Assembly (NCBI GenBank): GCA_965199855.1
Contig: OZ241326.1
Span: forward strand, 2,816,001 to 2,880,000
Length of the DNA: 64,000 bases
Direction: 5' to 3'
DNA from: a bacterium
GTDB taxonomy: Bacteria > UBA8248
Notes under the pieces: model-generated
The model's input: only the letters and a program-made list of their open reading frames with translations
Databases searched by the model: none
Told to the model about the DNA's origin: nothing
Shown here: positions 1 through 8,841 of the stretch, piece by piece
How positions within the stretch are numbered: the first letter of the stretch is position 1
How the letters are laid out: each line of letters opens with the position of its first letter
Made by a program: the position numbers and the translations under genes

Positions 1-1620
1 AGGGGCGAGAAAGTCATCGCTCGCCTTGGCGTCGTCATCCCATGGCGACCCTTTCCCCAGCGTCTTCATGGCTTCTTCTATCTCGGCGATGGCCTCCCGC
101 ATCGCGTCGATCCGACTCCTGGCAAAGAGATCCTCAGGCCCGGAGCCTCGCGCGTAAGCCTCCAGGGTCGCCGGGGCGCAAAGGTAATTTTCGATTTCCC
201 GCTTTTTCCACATCAAAAATTCGAGAGGCCCGCCTTCCGGCGAAGCCCCCTCAAGACGGTCGAAGAGAGCCACGCCTTTCAGGTCCGGCGAAGCCTCCTT
301 GAGGCCGTAATAGTGCCGTTCCGCCTTTGTGAACTGGTCGCCGACATAATGCACGAACGGACGTTCGAGCGCCCGGACCGCCTCCTCATGCCCGAGGCGC
401 TCGGCGAAAGCCTGCAGGATCGCCAAATCCGTCGAGCCTTCGAGATAAAGAACCCAGCCCGTCTGCTCGGCTTGGTAGTATTGCTCGAACCCTATCTCTC
501 TGAGCGCCTTCAGCACCTGGCTTCCCCTGTCCGCGCCTCCGATCCGGTGCGGCGAGCCGACGAAGGCGATGACCATGTCCCTGTCGGCGGCCTCGTTGAG
601 AAGCACCTCCGAATGACTCGCCGCGATGATCTGGCTGTCGCGCTCCCGGGCGCTATCGGCGATCAGCCTGTAGATTTGGCGCTGACGAAGAATTTCGAGA
701 TGCGCGTCGGGTTCATCCAGCAGAATGGCCGCGCCGGGATTCGCGGACATGTACGCCAGAATCAGCAGGGTCTGCTGCAGCCCCCGTCCGCTGGAAGACA
801 GGTCGAGACTTTTGGAGGCGCGGGGCCGCTTTCTTTTCGACTGCAACTCCCGCCCGATGGAAGAAGGATCGAGGTCCATCCCGGGCTCCCGATACCCCAT
901 GACGATTTCCCCCCGCTCCTCCACGTAGCGGGGCTCCTCAAGTTCGGAGCCGAAGAGATCGCGCATCCGCTCCACCAGTTCTTTCCACAAGTCGGGATCG
1001 CCGCTTTGAATCCTGTAGCAAAGATTGCGCAAAACTTCGGCTGTGCGCCCCTCTCCCACGCGCACGTTCACCGCGCCCTGATCGAGCCGCGTTTCGGTCG
1101 CCGCGAGGCCGGACATGGGGGGAAGAAAGGCGATGCGCGTCGAGGCGGCGGCTTCGGGAACCGGCATCCGCTTCGGCTTCTCGCCCTCGCCCAGCCGCAG
1201 GGGGCGACAGTAAAATGATTCGGGATTCGCGTAGTCGAATTCGAGACCGCAGGCCCACGCCTCGCCCTTGCTGACCCCCTCGACGATGAGCTCGATGCGA
1301 ACGTTGCTCGTTCGCTGACACCCGGCATCGTCCCTTCGCGCGTCCCTCGTATGGAGTTCGCGCCACAGGAGCTCCGCGGTCGGAACGGGAATGGCGAGAA
1401 GGTCGCGGCGGTTGATGGTGACGCCCGGCCGATTCTCCGGCGCCTTTTTCCCCGAGCGCTTCTCGCGCCAGCGCTTCAGTCCGATATCCCAGAGAGCCAG
1501 AGCCTGCATGGCCGAGGTCTTGCCCGAGTTGTTCGGGCCGATGAACACCACGGGGTTCCCCAGCTCGATTTCGACTTCATCGAAACGCTTGAAGTTGCGA
1601 ATGGTAAGTTTCGTGAGCAT
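1..1620 (-). CDS. OLD-family-like ABC ATPase with C-terminal TOPRIM-like nuclease domain (3' end beyond window)
   Basis: Not in the ORF track because it has no stop inside the window. Manual translation from ATG at 1620: MLTKLTIRNFKRF...FIGPNNSGKTS (Walker A), LSSSGRG (ABC signature-like), ILLDEPDAHL (Walker B/D-loop), AASHS (H-loop), then VLYLEGSTD...ALFDRL...KREIENYL (TOPRIM-like). Frame is open to position 1. Confidence 0.85.
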   Translation of the reverse strand, partial: MLTKLTIRNFKRFDEVEIELGNPVVFIGPNNSGKTSAMQALALWDIGLKRWREKRSGKKAPENRPGVTINRRDLLAIPVPTAELLWRELHTRDARRDDAGCQRTSNVRIELIVEGVSKGEAWACGLEFDYANPESFYCRPLRLGEGEKPKRMPVPEAAASTRIAFLPPMSGLAATETRLDQGAVNVRVGEGRTAEVLRNLCYRIQSGDPDLWKELVERMRDLFGSELEEPRYVEERGEIVMGYREPGMDLDPSSIGRELQSKRKRPRASKSLDLSSSGRGLQQTLLILAYMSANPGAAILLDEPDAHLEILRQRQIYRLIADSARERDSQIIAASHSEVLLNEAADRDMVIAFVGSPHRIGGADRGSQVLKALREIGFEQYYQAEQTGWVLYLEGSTDLAILQAFAERLGHEEAVRALERPFVHYVGDQFTKAERHYYGLKEASPDLKGVALFDRLEGASPEGGPLEFLMWKKREIENYLCAPATLEAYARGSGPEDLFARSRIDAMREAIAEIEEAMKTLGKGSPWDDDAKASDDFLAP

Positions 1621-1710
1621 CCGCGCGCTCCCTGAAAATTCTCTCCGCCGCCCGCATCCCTGAGATGATCCCGCCGCGCGCCGGAACGCGGCTGTTTTAC
1701 CTTCTCCCCC

Positions 1711-3093
1711 CTACAGCCACGAGAGGTTGACGCCCCTCTCGTTCGCCAGCTCGGCCTTGAACTCGGCCTGGGTTCTGGAGCCCTTCCGGCGGTTGCAGCT
1801 GCCGCACAGCAGCTGAAGGTTGGCGGCGTGGTTCGTCCCGCCCTTCGACCGGGGGGTGACGTGATCCATCTCCAGGTGCCGGGCCTCGAAATGCTCCTGG
1901 CATCCGTTGCAGTAGCCCTCCTGGAGGCCGTAGAGGGTTCTCTTGAAGTCCGCCATCTCGGCGGGGCGAAGCTCGTCCCCCTGATCCGTGCGCATGGGGA
2001 TGTCGCCGCGCGCCGTGATGTCCCGGAACAGCCCCTGGTTGTCGCGGATGCGCTGAACGACCAGCTCGGCCGCGCGCGCCGAGATGTCGATGCCCACCCA
2101 GTCGCGCCTCAGCTCGTCCGCCGCCACGAGGGTCGTCGCGCACCCGCAGAAGGGGTCGAACACCACGTCGCCCTCGCGCGAGCTCGCCTCGATGACGCGC
2201 CGCAGCAGCGCCAGGGGCTTCTGCGTGGGATAGCCCGTGCGCTCGGATCTCGGAGCGGGATATATGTCCTTTATCACGTCGCGCGCGGCGATGCCTCTCG
2301 ATTCGTGGAGATAGCGCTTGTAGCGCGGCACTCCCCCAAGCTTTTTGGGAAAATGTATTCTTCCCTCCTTCTCCAGTTCGCGCATCCTGTTTTCCGGATA
2401 CCGCCACGGCCCCCGATGGCCGTGAAAGTCGTAGGAATATCCTCCGCCGCTCAAGCCTTTCGCTGTCAACTGATCCGACTGATATCTTCCCCGCTCGTCC
2501 TCGTGCCTGTAATCGCGCCGGATCTGCCTCTCGCCGAGCGGCTGCCACGCGCCGTTCCAGATGAATCCCTTGCCCATGCCGTAGTAGAGGAGGTCGTCAT
2601 GCACTCTTGCGAATCTCTTGGCGTCGCTTCTCCCGGTGGTTCTCTCCCATATCACGTCGTTCCTGAAATTCTCCGCGCCGAAAATCGCGTCCATCACTAT
2701 TTTGAGATAATGGCTGGCCGTGGGGTCGCAGTGCAGGTAGATGGAGCCTGTGGGCCTGAGGACGCGCTTCATCTCGATGAGGCGGGTCGCCATCATCACC
2801 AGATAGGAGAACATCCCCTTCGAGTGCGCATGCCGGGCGGAGGCGAGCAGGGCGTAGAGGCCGACGTTCTCGTCCTTCAGCCGGTTGTGCTCGACCAGGT
2901 CCACGTCCGAGAGCGTCCAGGAATCCTTGAAGGCCGCCCCCGCCGCGCGGCTGCCGATGGGCGCCGCATACGCCTTGTTGGAATTGAAGGGCGGGTCGAG
3001 ATAGACGAGATCGACGCAACCGGAGTTCATCCCCCGCATGACGTGGAGGTTGTCGCCCGTGAAGATGGTCTTGCTCTTCCAGTTCGGCTTCAA
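1711..3093 (-). CDS. Beta-class N6/N4 DNA methyltransferase fused to C-terminal HNH endonuclease
   Basis: YLDPPFNS (motif IV) near the N-terminus and YPTQKP...VFDPFCGCATT (motif I) later. C-terminal CNGC...MDHVTPRSKGGTNHAANLQLLCGSCNRRKG is a zinc-binding HNH. Confidence 0.9.
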   Translation of the reverse strand: MKPNWKSKTIFTGDNLHVMRGMNSGCVDLVYLDPPFNSNKAYAAPIGSRAAGAAFKDSWTLSDVDLVEHNRLKDENVGLYALLASARHAHSKGMFSYLVMMATRLIEMKRVLRPTGSIYLHCDPTASHYLKIVMDAIFGAENFRNDVIWERTTGRSDAKRFARVHDDLLYYGMGKGFIWNGAWQPLGERQIRRDYRHEDERGRYQSDQLTAKGLSGGGYSYDFHGHRGPWRYPENRMRELEKEGRIHFPKKLGGVPRYKRYLHESRGIAARDVIKDIYPAPRSERTGYPTQKPLALLRRVIEASSREGDVVFDPFCGCATTLVAADELRRDWVGIDISARAAELVVQRIRDNQGLFRDITARGDIPMRTDQGDELRPAEMADFKRTLYGLQEGYCNGCQEHFEARHLEMDHVTPRSKGGTNHAANLQLLCGSCNRRKGSRTQAEFKAELANERGVNLSWL

Positions 3094-3205
3094 GGGGGCG
3101 CGCCTTCCGGGCGGATGGAGAGCGAGGCGTCACGCGGGGAGAATACCACGCCCGCCGCGGGGGCGTCAGGGGGGGGGCTTGGCGATTCGCCTCGCCGCCC
3201 CGCGC

Positions 3206-3225
3206 GGGCGGTTCACGAACCGCCC
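3206..3225. repeat. REP-like palindrome
   Basis: gggcggttc-ac-gaaccgccc, a perfect 9-bp stem in the intergenic region. Related sequences at 28193 and 53190. Confidence 0.55.
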
Positions 3226-3283
3226 CGGCGGAAAACCCGAAGAGGCGCCCGAAACCTCAGCCCGCCCCCCGAAAGCGGCGGCG

Positions 3284-4003
3284 TCAGGAGGGCTCGCGCG
3301 CGGCTTCGTGAAGGATGACGACGCCGCCCGTCATCGGGCGGTGGCGCACCTGGCCGAAGCCCGCCTCGCGGATCATCTCCGAGAGCCTCTCCGCTCCGGG
3401 AAACTCCGACACCGTGCGGGGCAGGTAGCTATACGCCCGGGGATGGCTCGAGACCAGGCGGCCGACGAGGGGGACGAGAACGCGGAAATACGCGGCGTAC
3501 AGAAGCCCGAAAAGCCCCCCGGGGCGGCCGAACTCCAGCACCACGAGCCTGCCGCCCGCGCGGGTGACCCGCCCCATCTCGCGCAGGCCGGCCTCTCGAT
3601 CCTCCAGGTTGCGCAGGCCGAAGGAGACGATTACCCCGTCGAACGCCCCGTCCCGAAAGGGGAGCCCGAGCGCGTCGCCCTGGACGAGGGAGAGGGCGGC
3701 GTTCGCCTTCGCCGCCTTCTTTCGCCCGCGCGCGAGCATGGGGAGGGCGAAATCGACCCCCGCCACGCGCGCGCGCGCCCCGGCCTGGCGGCGAACCTCG
3801 AGCGCCACGTCCGCCGTGCCCGCCGCCAGGTCGAGAAGCCGGGGGCGCGCCTCGCCCGCGACGCCGCGCAGCAGGATCGCCGCCGCCCGCCTTCGCCAGA
3901 GGCGATCCGCCCCCAGGCTGAACGCGCGGTTCAGGAAGTCGTAGGTGGGCGCGATGTCGGAGAACATCGCCCGCACCTCGCCCCTCTCGATTCGGGTCGG
4001 CAC
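3284..4003 (-). CDS. menG: Demethylmenaquinone methyltransferase (UbiE/MenG)
   Basis: VRAMFSDIAPTYDFLN...LLDLAAGTAD...SFGLRN...LEF; lies in an operon with UbiA and UbiD homologues. Confidence 0.88.
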   Translation of the reverse strand: MPTRIERGEVRAMFSDIAPTYDFLNRAFSLGADRLWRRRAAAILLRGVAGEARPRLLDLAAGTADVALEVRRQAGARARVAGVDFALPMLARGRKKAAKANAALSLVQGDALGLPFRDGAFDGVIVSFGLRNLEDREAGLREMGRVTRAGGRLVVLEFGRPGGLFGLLYAAYFRVLVPLVGRLVSSHPRAYSYLPRTVSEFPGAERLSEMIREAGFGQVRHRPMTGGVVILHEAAREPS

Positions 4004-4013
4004 GCGAAAGCCC

Positions 4014-4892
4014 TCAGCCCGCGCCGACGAGCACGTCGGCTATCGCCCCCGCCGAGATGACGACGGACACCCAGGCGTTCAGGTTGAAGAAGGAGAGGTT
4101 CACGCGGCTGAGGTCGTCGGGGCGCACGATCCGGTGCTCCCAGAACAGGAGGCAGCCCGCCGCGGCGAGCGCCGCCCAGTAGAGCGCGCCCAGCCCGAAC
4201 GCGCGGCCGGCGGCGAAGAAGCAGGCCATCGCCGCGAGATGAAGGGCGGCCGCCAGCATGAGCGCGCCCCGCGTCCCCAGCAGGCGCGGCAGGGAATGGA
4301 GTCCCGCCGCCTCGTCGAAGTCCGCGTCCAGGCAGGCGTAAATCAGATCGAAGCCGGCCACCCAGACGGCGACGCCCGCGAACAGGAGAACGCTCACGAG
4401 GCCCACCTCGCCGCGCACGGCCACCCAGGCGCCGGCGGGGGCGCAGCCCAGCGCCGCGCCCAGAATGAGGTGCGTCCAGGAGGTGAAGCGCTTGGCGTAG
4501 CTGTAGAGGACGATCCAGCCCGTCACCGCGAAGGAGAGGGCGAAGGCGAGCGGGTTCAGCATCCAGGCGGAGAGGTGGAAGAGGGCGAGAAAGCCCGCCA
4601 TCACCGCCAGGATCGCCTTCGAGCGGAGCATGGGCTGGAACTCGGCGCGGTGCGCCGTGCGGGGGTTTCGGGGGTCGATGTCCCTGTCGGCGAAGCGGTT
4701 GAGCGTCATGGCGAAGTTCCGCGCCCCCGCCGCCGCCGCCACCATCCAGAAGAGCGCCCGCGCGGAGGGAAGCCCGTCCGCGGCCATCACGCCCGCCATC
4801 AGCACGAAGGGAATCCCGAAGATGGTGTGCTCGAACTTCACCATGCGCAGGAAGCGCCGGACGCTTCCCGGAACCGGCGCCTCAGCCGCCAA
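4014..4892 (-). CDS. mqnP: UbiA-family prenyltransferase, futalosine-pathway MqnP type
   Basis: VKFEHTIF, NRFADRDIDPRNPRT, YSYAKRF, GFDLIYACLDADFD; multiple TM helices. Confidence 0.85.
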   Translation of the reverse strand: MAAEAPVPGSVRRFLRMVKFEHTIFGIPFVLMAGVMAADGLPSARALFWMVAAAAGARNFAMTLNRFADRDIDPRNPRTAHRAEFQPMLRSKAILAVMAGFLALFHLSAWMLNPLAFALSFAVTGWIVLYSYAKRFTSWTHLILGAALGCAPAGAWVAVRGEVGLVSVLLFAGVAVWVAGFDLIYACLDADFDEAAGLHSLPRLLGTRGALMLAAALHLAAMACFFAAGRAFGLGALYWAALAAAGCLLFWEHRIVRPDDLSRVNLSFFNLNAWVSVVISAGAIADVLVGAG

Positions 4893-6345
4893 GCCCGTAT
4901 TCCTCCCAGCGCCTCGTGACGCGCTCCTTGATCTCCTCGGACATCACGATCTCGGGCGGCCACTCGCGCGCGAAGCCCTCGGAGGCCCACTTGCGGGTGC
5001 CGTCCACCCCCACCTTGCTCCCCACGTGGAGGAGCGGGGCGGCGTGCTCGAGCGCGTCCACCGGGCCGTCCACGAACACGAGGTCGCGCCGGGGGTCGAT
5101 GCTGCCCAGCGTCTTCCAGGAGACCTCGCTGACGTCGCGCACGTCCACGTCCTCGTCCACGACGACGATGACCTTGGCGAGCGCCATCTGCCCCATCCCC
5201 CACAGGGCGTACATCACCTTCCGCGCGTGGTGGGGATACGCCTTGCGGATGGAGACGATGACCATGTTGTGGAACACGCCCTCGGCGGGCATGTGGACGT
5301 CCACGATTTCGGGCAGCTGCATCTTCATCAGGGGCAGGAAGATGCGGCCCGTCGCCCCGCCCAGCCAGTAGTCCTCCATCGGCGGGCGGCCCACGATGGT
5401 GGTGGGGTAGATGGCCTCGCGCCTCCTCGTGATGGCCGTGACGCGGAAGACGGGGTAGTCGTCCGCCAGCGAATACCAGCCCGTGTGGTCGCCGAAGGGC
5501 CCCTCCTCGCGCAGCTCGTTCGGGTTCAGGTAGCCCTCCACCACGATGTCCGAATCGGCGGGCACCTCCACGTCCACCGTTCTGCACTTCACCAGCTCCG
5601 CGCTCTTGCGCCTGAGAAAGCCGGCGAGGTTCAGCTCGTCGATTCCCGGCGGCAGGGGCGCGCTCGCCGCGTAGACGTAGACCGGGTCCCCCCCCAGGGC
5701 GACGGCCATCTCCATGCGCTCGCCCCTCTCCGAGCTCGCCAGGAAGTTCTGCGCCCCGTCGTGGTGGAGGTGCATGTGCATCCCGGCGGTCGCCGCGTCG
5801 AAGAGCTGGACGCGGTAGAGGCCCACGTTTCTGCGGCCGGTTCGCGGATTCCGCGAATAGACGTGTCCGAAGGTGATGTAGCGCCCCGCGTCCTCCGGCC
5901 AGCACTTGATGGCGGGAAGCGAGAAGAGGTCCGGCTGCTCCGTCTCGACGATCTCCTGGCAGGGCGCCGCGCTCACCGTCTTGGGGGAGAAGGAGGCGAG
6001 CCGCGCGAGCCTGGGCAGCATCTTCACCTTCTCGATGATGCCCTCGGGCGGCTTGATCTCCAGAAGCTCCGCCACCTCGTCCGCCGCCGCCTCCAGGCTC
6101 TCGACGCCCAGCGCCATCCGCATCCGCTCGTCCGAGGCGTAGGCGTTGATGAGGACGGGGGCGTCGAACGTCCGCCCGTCGGGGGCGACGGGGCGCTCGA
6201 ACAGGAGGGCGGGGCCGCCCGCCTTCACCATGCGGTCGGCGATTTCGGTGATCTCGAGCTCCACGTCCACCGGCGCGGAGACGCGGCGCAGCTCCCCCGC
6301 GCGTTCGAGGGCGTCCACGAATTCCCTGAGAGATGCGTAGGCCAT
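4882..6345 (-). CDS. mqnL: Menaquinone biosynthesis decarboxylase (UbiD family, MqnL type)
   Basis: Start re-set to MAYASLREF. Motifs WPEDAGRYIT, NVGLYR, EGPFGDHTG, GPVDALEHA; adjacent to mqnP and menG. Confidence 0.85.
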   Translation of the reverse strand: MAYASLREFVDALERAGELRRVSAPVDVELEITEIADRMVKAGGPALLFERPVAPDGRTFDAPVLINAYASDERMRMALGVESLEAAADEVAELLEIKPPEGIIEKVKMLPRLARLASFSPKTVSAAPCQEIVETEQPDLFSLPAIKCWPEDAGRYITFGHVYSRNPRTGRRNVGLYRVQLFDAATAGMHMHLHHDGAQNFLASSERGERMEMAVALGGDPVYVYAASAPLPPGIDELNLAGFLRRKSAELVKCRTVDVEVPADSDIVVEGYLNPNELREEGPFGDHTGWYSLADDYPVFRVTAITRRREAIYPTTIVGRPPMEDYWLGGATGRIFLPLMKMQLPEIVDVHMPAEGVFHNMVIVSIRKAYPHHARKVMYALWGMGQMALAKVIVVVDEDVDVRDVSEVSWKTLGSIDPRRDLVFVDGPVDALEHAAPLLHVGSKVGVDGTRKWASEGFAREWPPEIVMSEEIKERVTRRWEEYGLGG

Positions 6346-6401
6346 GCGCTCAAAATCCCCCCGTTCGATGATTCGCGGCGCGCCCGCCCTTCCCCGCTCC
6401 G

Positions 6402-8336
6402 CTACAGGTTCGCCGAATAGGGCAACGACTTCACGAACCTTTCCATGAACTCCAGGTCGGGCTCGCCCCCGAGCGCTGCGGGAAGCCTGATTTTCGCCTT
6501 CCGCAGCCTCGTCTGGCTGCATTTGCGCCCGTAATTATACCGATACCGCTCGAGGTTGATCACCGCAACCAGAAACATCGCGGCGTATTTGTTCATGCGG
6601 AACCTGGGCGTCAGCTTCTCCACGTGGTCCGACGCCGAGAAGGACCTGTCCTGATACGCGCAGTATCCCGAGACGGCGCTGTCGATGGTGAGCGCGCCGC
6701 CCTCGCCCACGGATTCCGTATACGCGCGGCAAAATCCCTTGACCCCGTTGTTGGTCGCCTGCGTTCCTACGTAAGGCCAGCCCTCCCGCGGCGCGGCGGG
6801 CTCCAGATCGCGGTAGAGCGTCGTCCTCGTTCCCGAAATTCTGAAGAGATCGCCGAAGGAGAACGCCTTCCACGCCCGCGCGTCAAGCGGCTCCTCCACG
6901 CCGCGCGTTGCGGGCTCGGAGGAGGCGCTCTCCACGATCCTGTTGGCGAACAGATACGCCGAATAGCCATACAGGGCGTCGACGAACAGGTCGCGGGTTA
7001 CCCTGGAATAATCCGTCTCCATGTAGGCTTCCGCAACCCATTCATCCTCCGCGGCGAGCCGCCTCTTGACGCCGCGGCCGGGCGCCGCGCGCCTGTTGAC
7101 GTAAGCGTCCAGCCATTCGCGCTTGACCTCCTCCCATCGGCCGTGCAGGTCCGATCTGCCGGTCGTTTTGCGCTTCACGAAGCCGTCGTCCTTGCAATAG
7201 CCCAGATACGTCTCCTTGCCGGCGGGGTGCGGGCGATGCGCCGTGAACGCCATGACGCAGGTCACGACCCCGACTCCGGAGTTGAAGAACAGCTCGTCCG
7301 GCATGGAGAACACGGCTTCCAGCGTGTGCCTCTCCATGAGGCGGCGCTTCACCAGCCCCGTCTTTCCCGATGCCGCCAGAGCGCACTGCATGGGGACGAT
7401 GGCGACGCACGCGCCGCCCTGCTGCAGGCATTCCAGATTATTGAAGACGAACTCCAGCTCCTCGATATCGTTTTTCTTGTCGGATTTGTAGGGCGGATTC
7501 AGAAGGCCCACGGTCGGCTTCTTCGCCTTGATGGCGTCCATGATTTTCCGGCTGAAGCAGTCGCCGAGCAGAATGTTCGATTTGCCGTCCTGGTGGATGT
7601 ACATGTTGGAAACGGCCAAGGGATAGATTTCCGACTGGAGTTCGACGCCGTAGATTTGCGACTCCTTGATGCTCCTTATCTTCTCCGCGTCGCCCCCGGC
7701 GTCCTCCACCATCCTGCCCAGAGCGTGAATCAGAAAGCCCCCCGCGCCGGCGCAGTTGTCATACGCGACGGATTCCTTGTTCACCTGCGCCAGATCGACG
7801 AAAAAATCCGCGATGTGCGGCGGCGTCAGGACGATGCCCAGCCCCTTGTCGCTGTTCGCGTATTGCAGAAACTCCGTGTAGAGGCCGCCGAGCACGTCGC
7901 GGTATTGATGATTCCTGATGTATGAGTTCACCTCGGCGTCAATCAGCCTGATGATGTCGGCGAGTTCGCCTCTTTTGGTGGTCAGCACCGTATCGACCGG
8001 CAAGAAGCCGAACTTCTGCTTCAGGATGTCGAGCTTGGGGCGTTCGATTCCCGCCTCCGACAGCTCCCGCATGACGGCGTCGACGACCAGGCCGGCGACG
8101 GCGCGGGGATTCGGCTCAAGAGAATAGGACTGCCGGAAGGACTCGCGCTCCAAGGCGATCAGAATCGCGCTGATGAGAAGCGCCCGGTTTCTCTCCGAAA
8201 CCTTGTTGACGTGCAACCGCGCGTTCATCCCGCGAATGAAGGCGAGCAGGGCGTCATAATCCTGCCTCCGCTTGTGGGGGCTTTTCATGCAGCCTTCGAG
8301 ATAATCCCCCGGCGGCAGCAGCTTGTCCCCGAACAT
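6402..8336 (-). CDS. BcgI-like (Type IIB/IIG) N6-adenine methyltransferase with fused specificity (S/TRD) domain
   Basis: LGIVLTPPH, YDNCAGAGGFL (motif I), LLNPPY (motif IV). C-terminal WKAF..GDLF...NNGV...YNYGRK..RL...IRLP....PD.EFME resembles one Methylase_S repeat. Confidence 0.8.
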   Translation of the reverse strand: MFGDKLLPPGDYLEGCMKSPHKRRQDYDALLAFIRGMNARLHVNKVSERNRALLISAILIALERESFRQSYSLEPNPRAVAGLVVDAVMRELSEAGIERPKLDILKQKFGFLPVDTVLTTKRGELADIIRLIDAEVNSYIRNHQYRDVLGGLYTEFLQYANSDKGLGIVLTPPHIADFFVDLAQVNKESVAYDNCAGAGGFLIHALGRMVEDAGGDAEKIRSIKESQIYGVELQSEIYPLAVSNMYIHQDGKSNILLGDCFSRKIMDAIKAKKPTVGLLNPPYKSDKKNDIEELEFVFNNLECLQQGGACVAIVPMQCALAASGKTGLVKRRLMERHTLEAVFSMPDELFFNSGVGVVTCVMAFTAHRPHPAGKETYLGYCKDDGFVKRKTTGRSDLHGRWEEVKREWLDAYVNRRAAPGRGVKRRLAAEDEWVAEAYMETDYSRVTRDLFVDALYGYSAYLFANRIVESASSEPATRGVEEPLDARAWKAFSFGDLFRISGTRTTLYRDLEPAAPREGWPYVGTQATNNGVKGFCRAYTESVGEGGALTIDSAVSGYCAYQDRSFSASDHVEKLTPRFRMNKYAAMFLVAVINLERYRYNYGRKCSQTRLRKAKIRLPAALGGEPDLEFMERFVKSLPYSANL

Positions 8337-8742
8337 CTCTTTCGGTTCGGTGATCGTTCTTCAAAAGCAGATAGTGGGAGACCCGCGCGGTTCTTTCGTC
8401 CGTCCCGCTCACGCCTATGGCCAGAACGTCGAACTCCCGGCCGAGGCAGGAGGCGTAGAGAAGCGCGCCGTCAACGGCGAACTCACGGTATCGATTCCGC
8501 CCGGGGCTGGAATGCTTCAAGGGGTCGGCCTTGCATTCGACGACGATCAGGAAGTCGGGATGCCCGTCGAATTCGATCAGAAAATCGGGGAACCCCCGCC
8601 CCGGGCCGCCCTTGGACGCCGATTTCAGCAATTTGTCGATGCGGGGATTCTTCGACGCCTGCTCGTCGATTCTCCGGATCCCGCTCCCGTATTTCTCGAA
8701 ATGTCGGCGAACAATCCGCTCCGCGTCGCGTTCGTTCCTCAC
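8254..8742 (-). pseudogene. N-terminal PD-(D/E)xK endonuclease domain of the BcgI-like enzyme, out of frame with the MTase part
   Basis: GFPDFLI...VVECKAD...AVDGALLYA. Overlaps the next ORF in a different frame, and the tail after ...HYLLLKN looks like read-through. Confidence 0.7.
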
Positions 8743-8841
8743 GCCGCCGAATCCTTCCGGTTCATTCCGCGTCCGCCCGCGCGGGCGGCGAGGCGGGAAT
8801 ACCCTCTGTTTTCCCCGTGTTCGCTTCGGGAAGCGGGGCGA

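Noticed and set aside
236-303. Repeated tccggcgaagcc
   Set aside because: Two short copies inside the ATPase coding sequence (EASPD/GASPE); too short to support a separate element.
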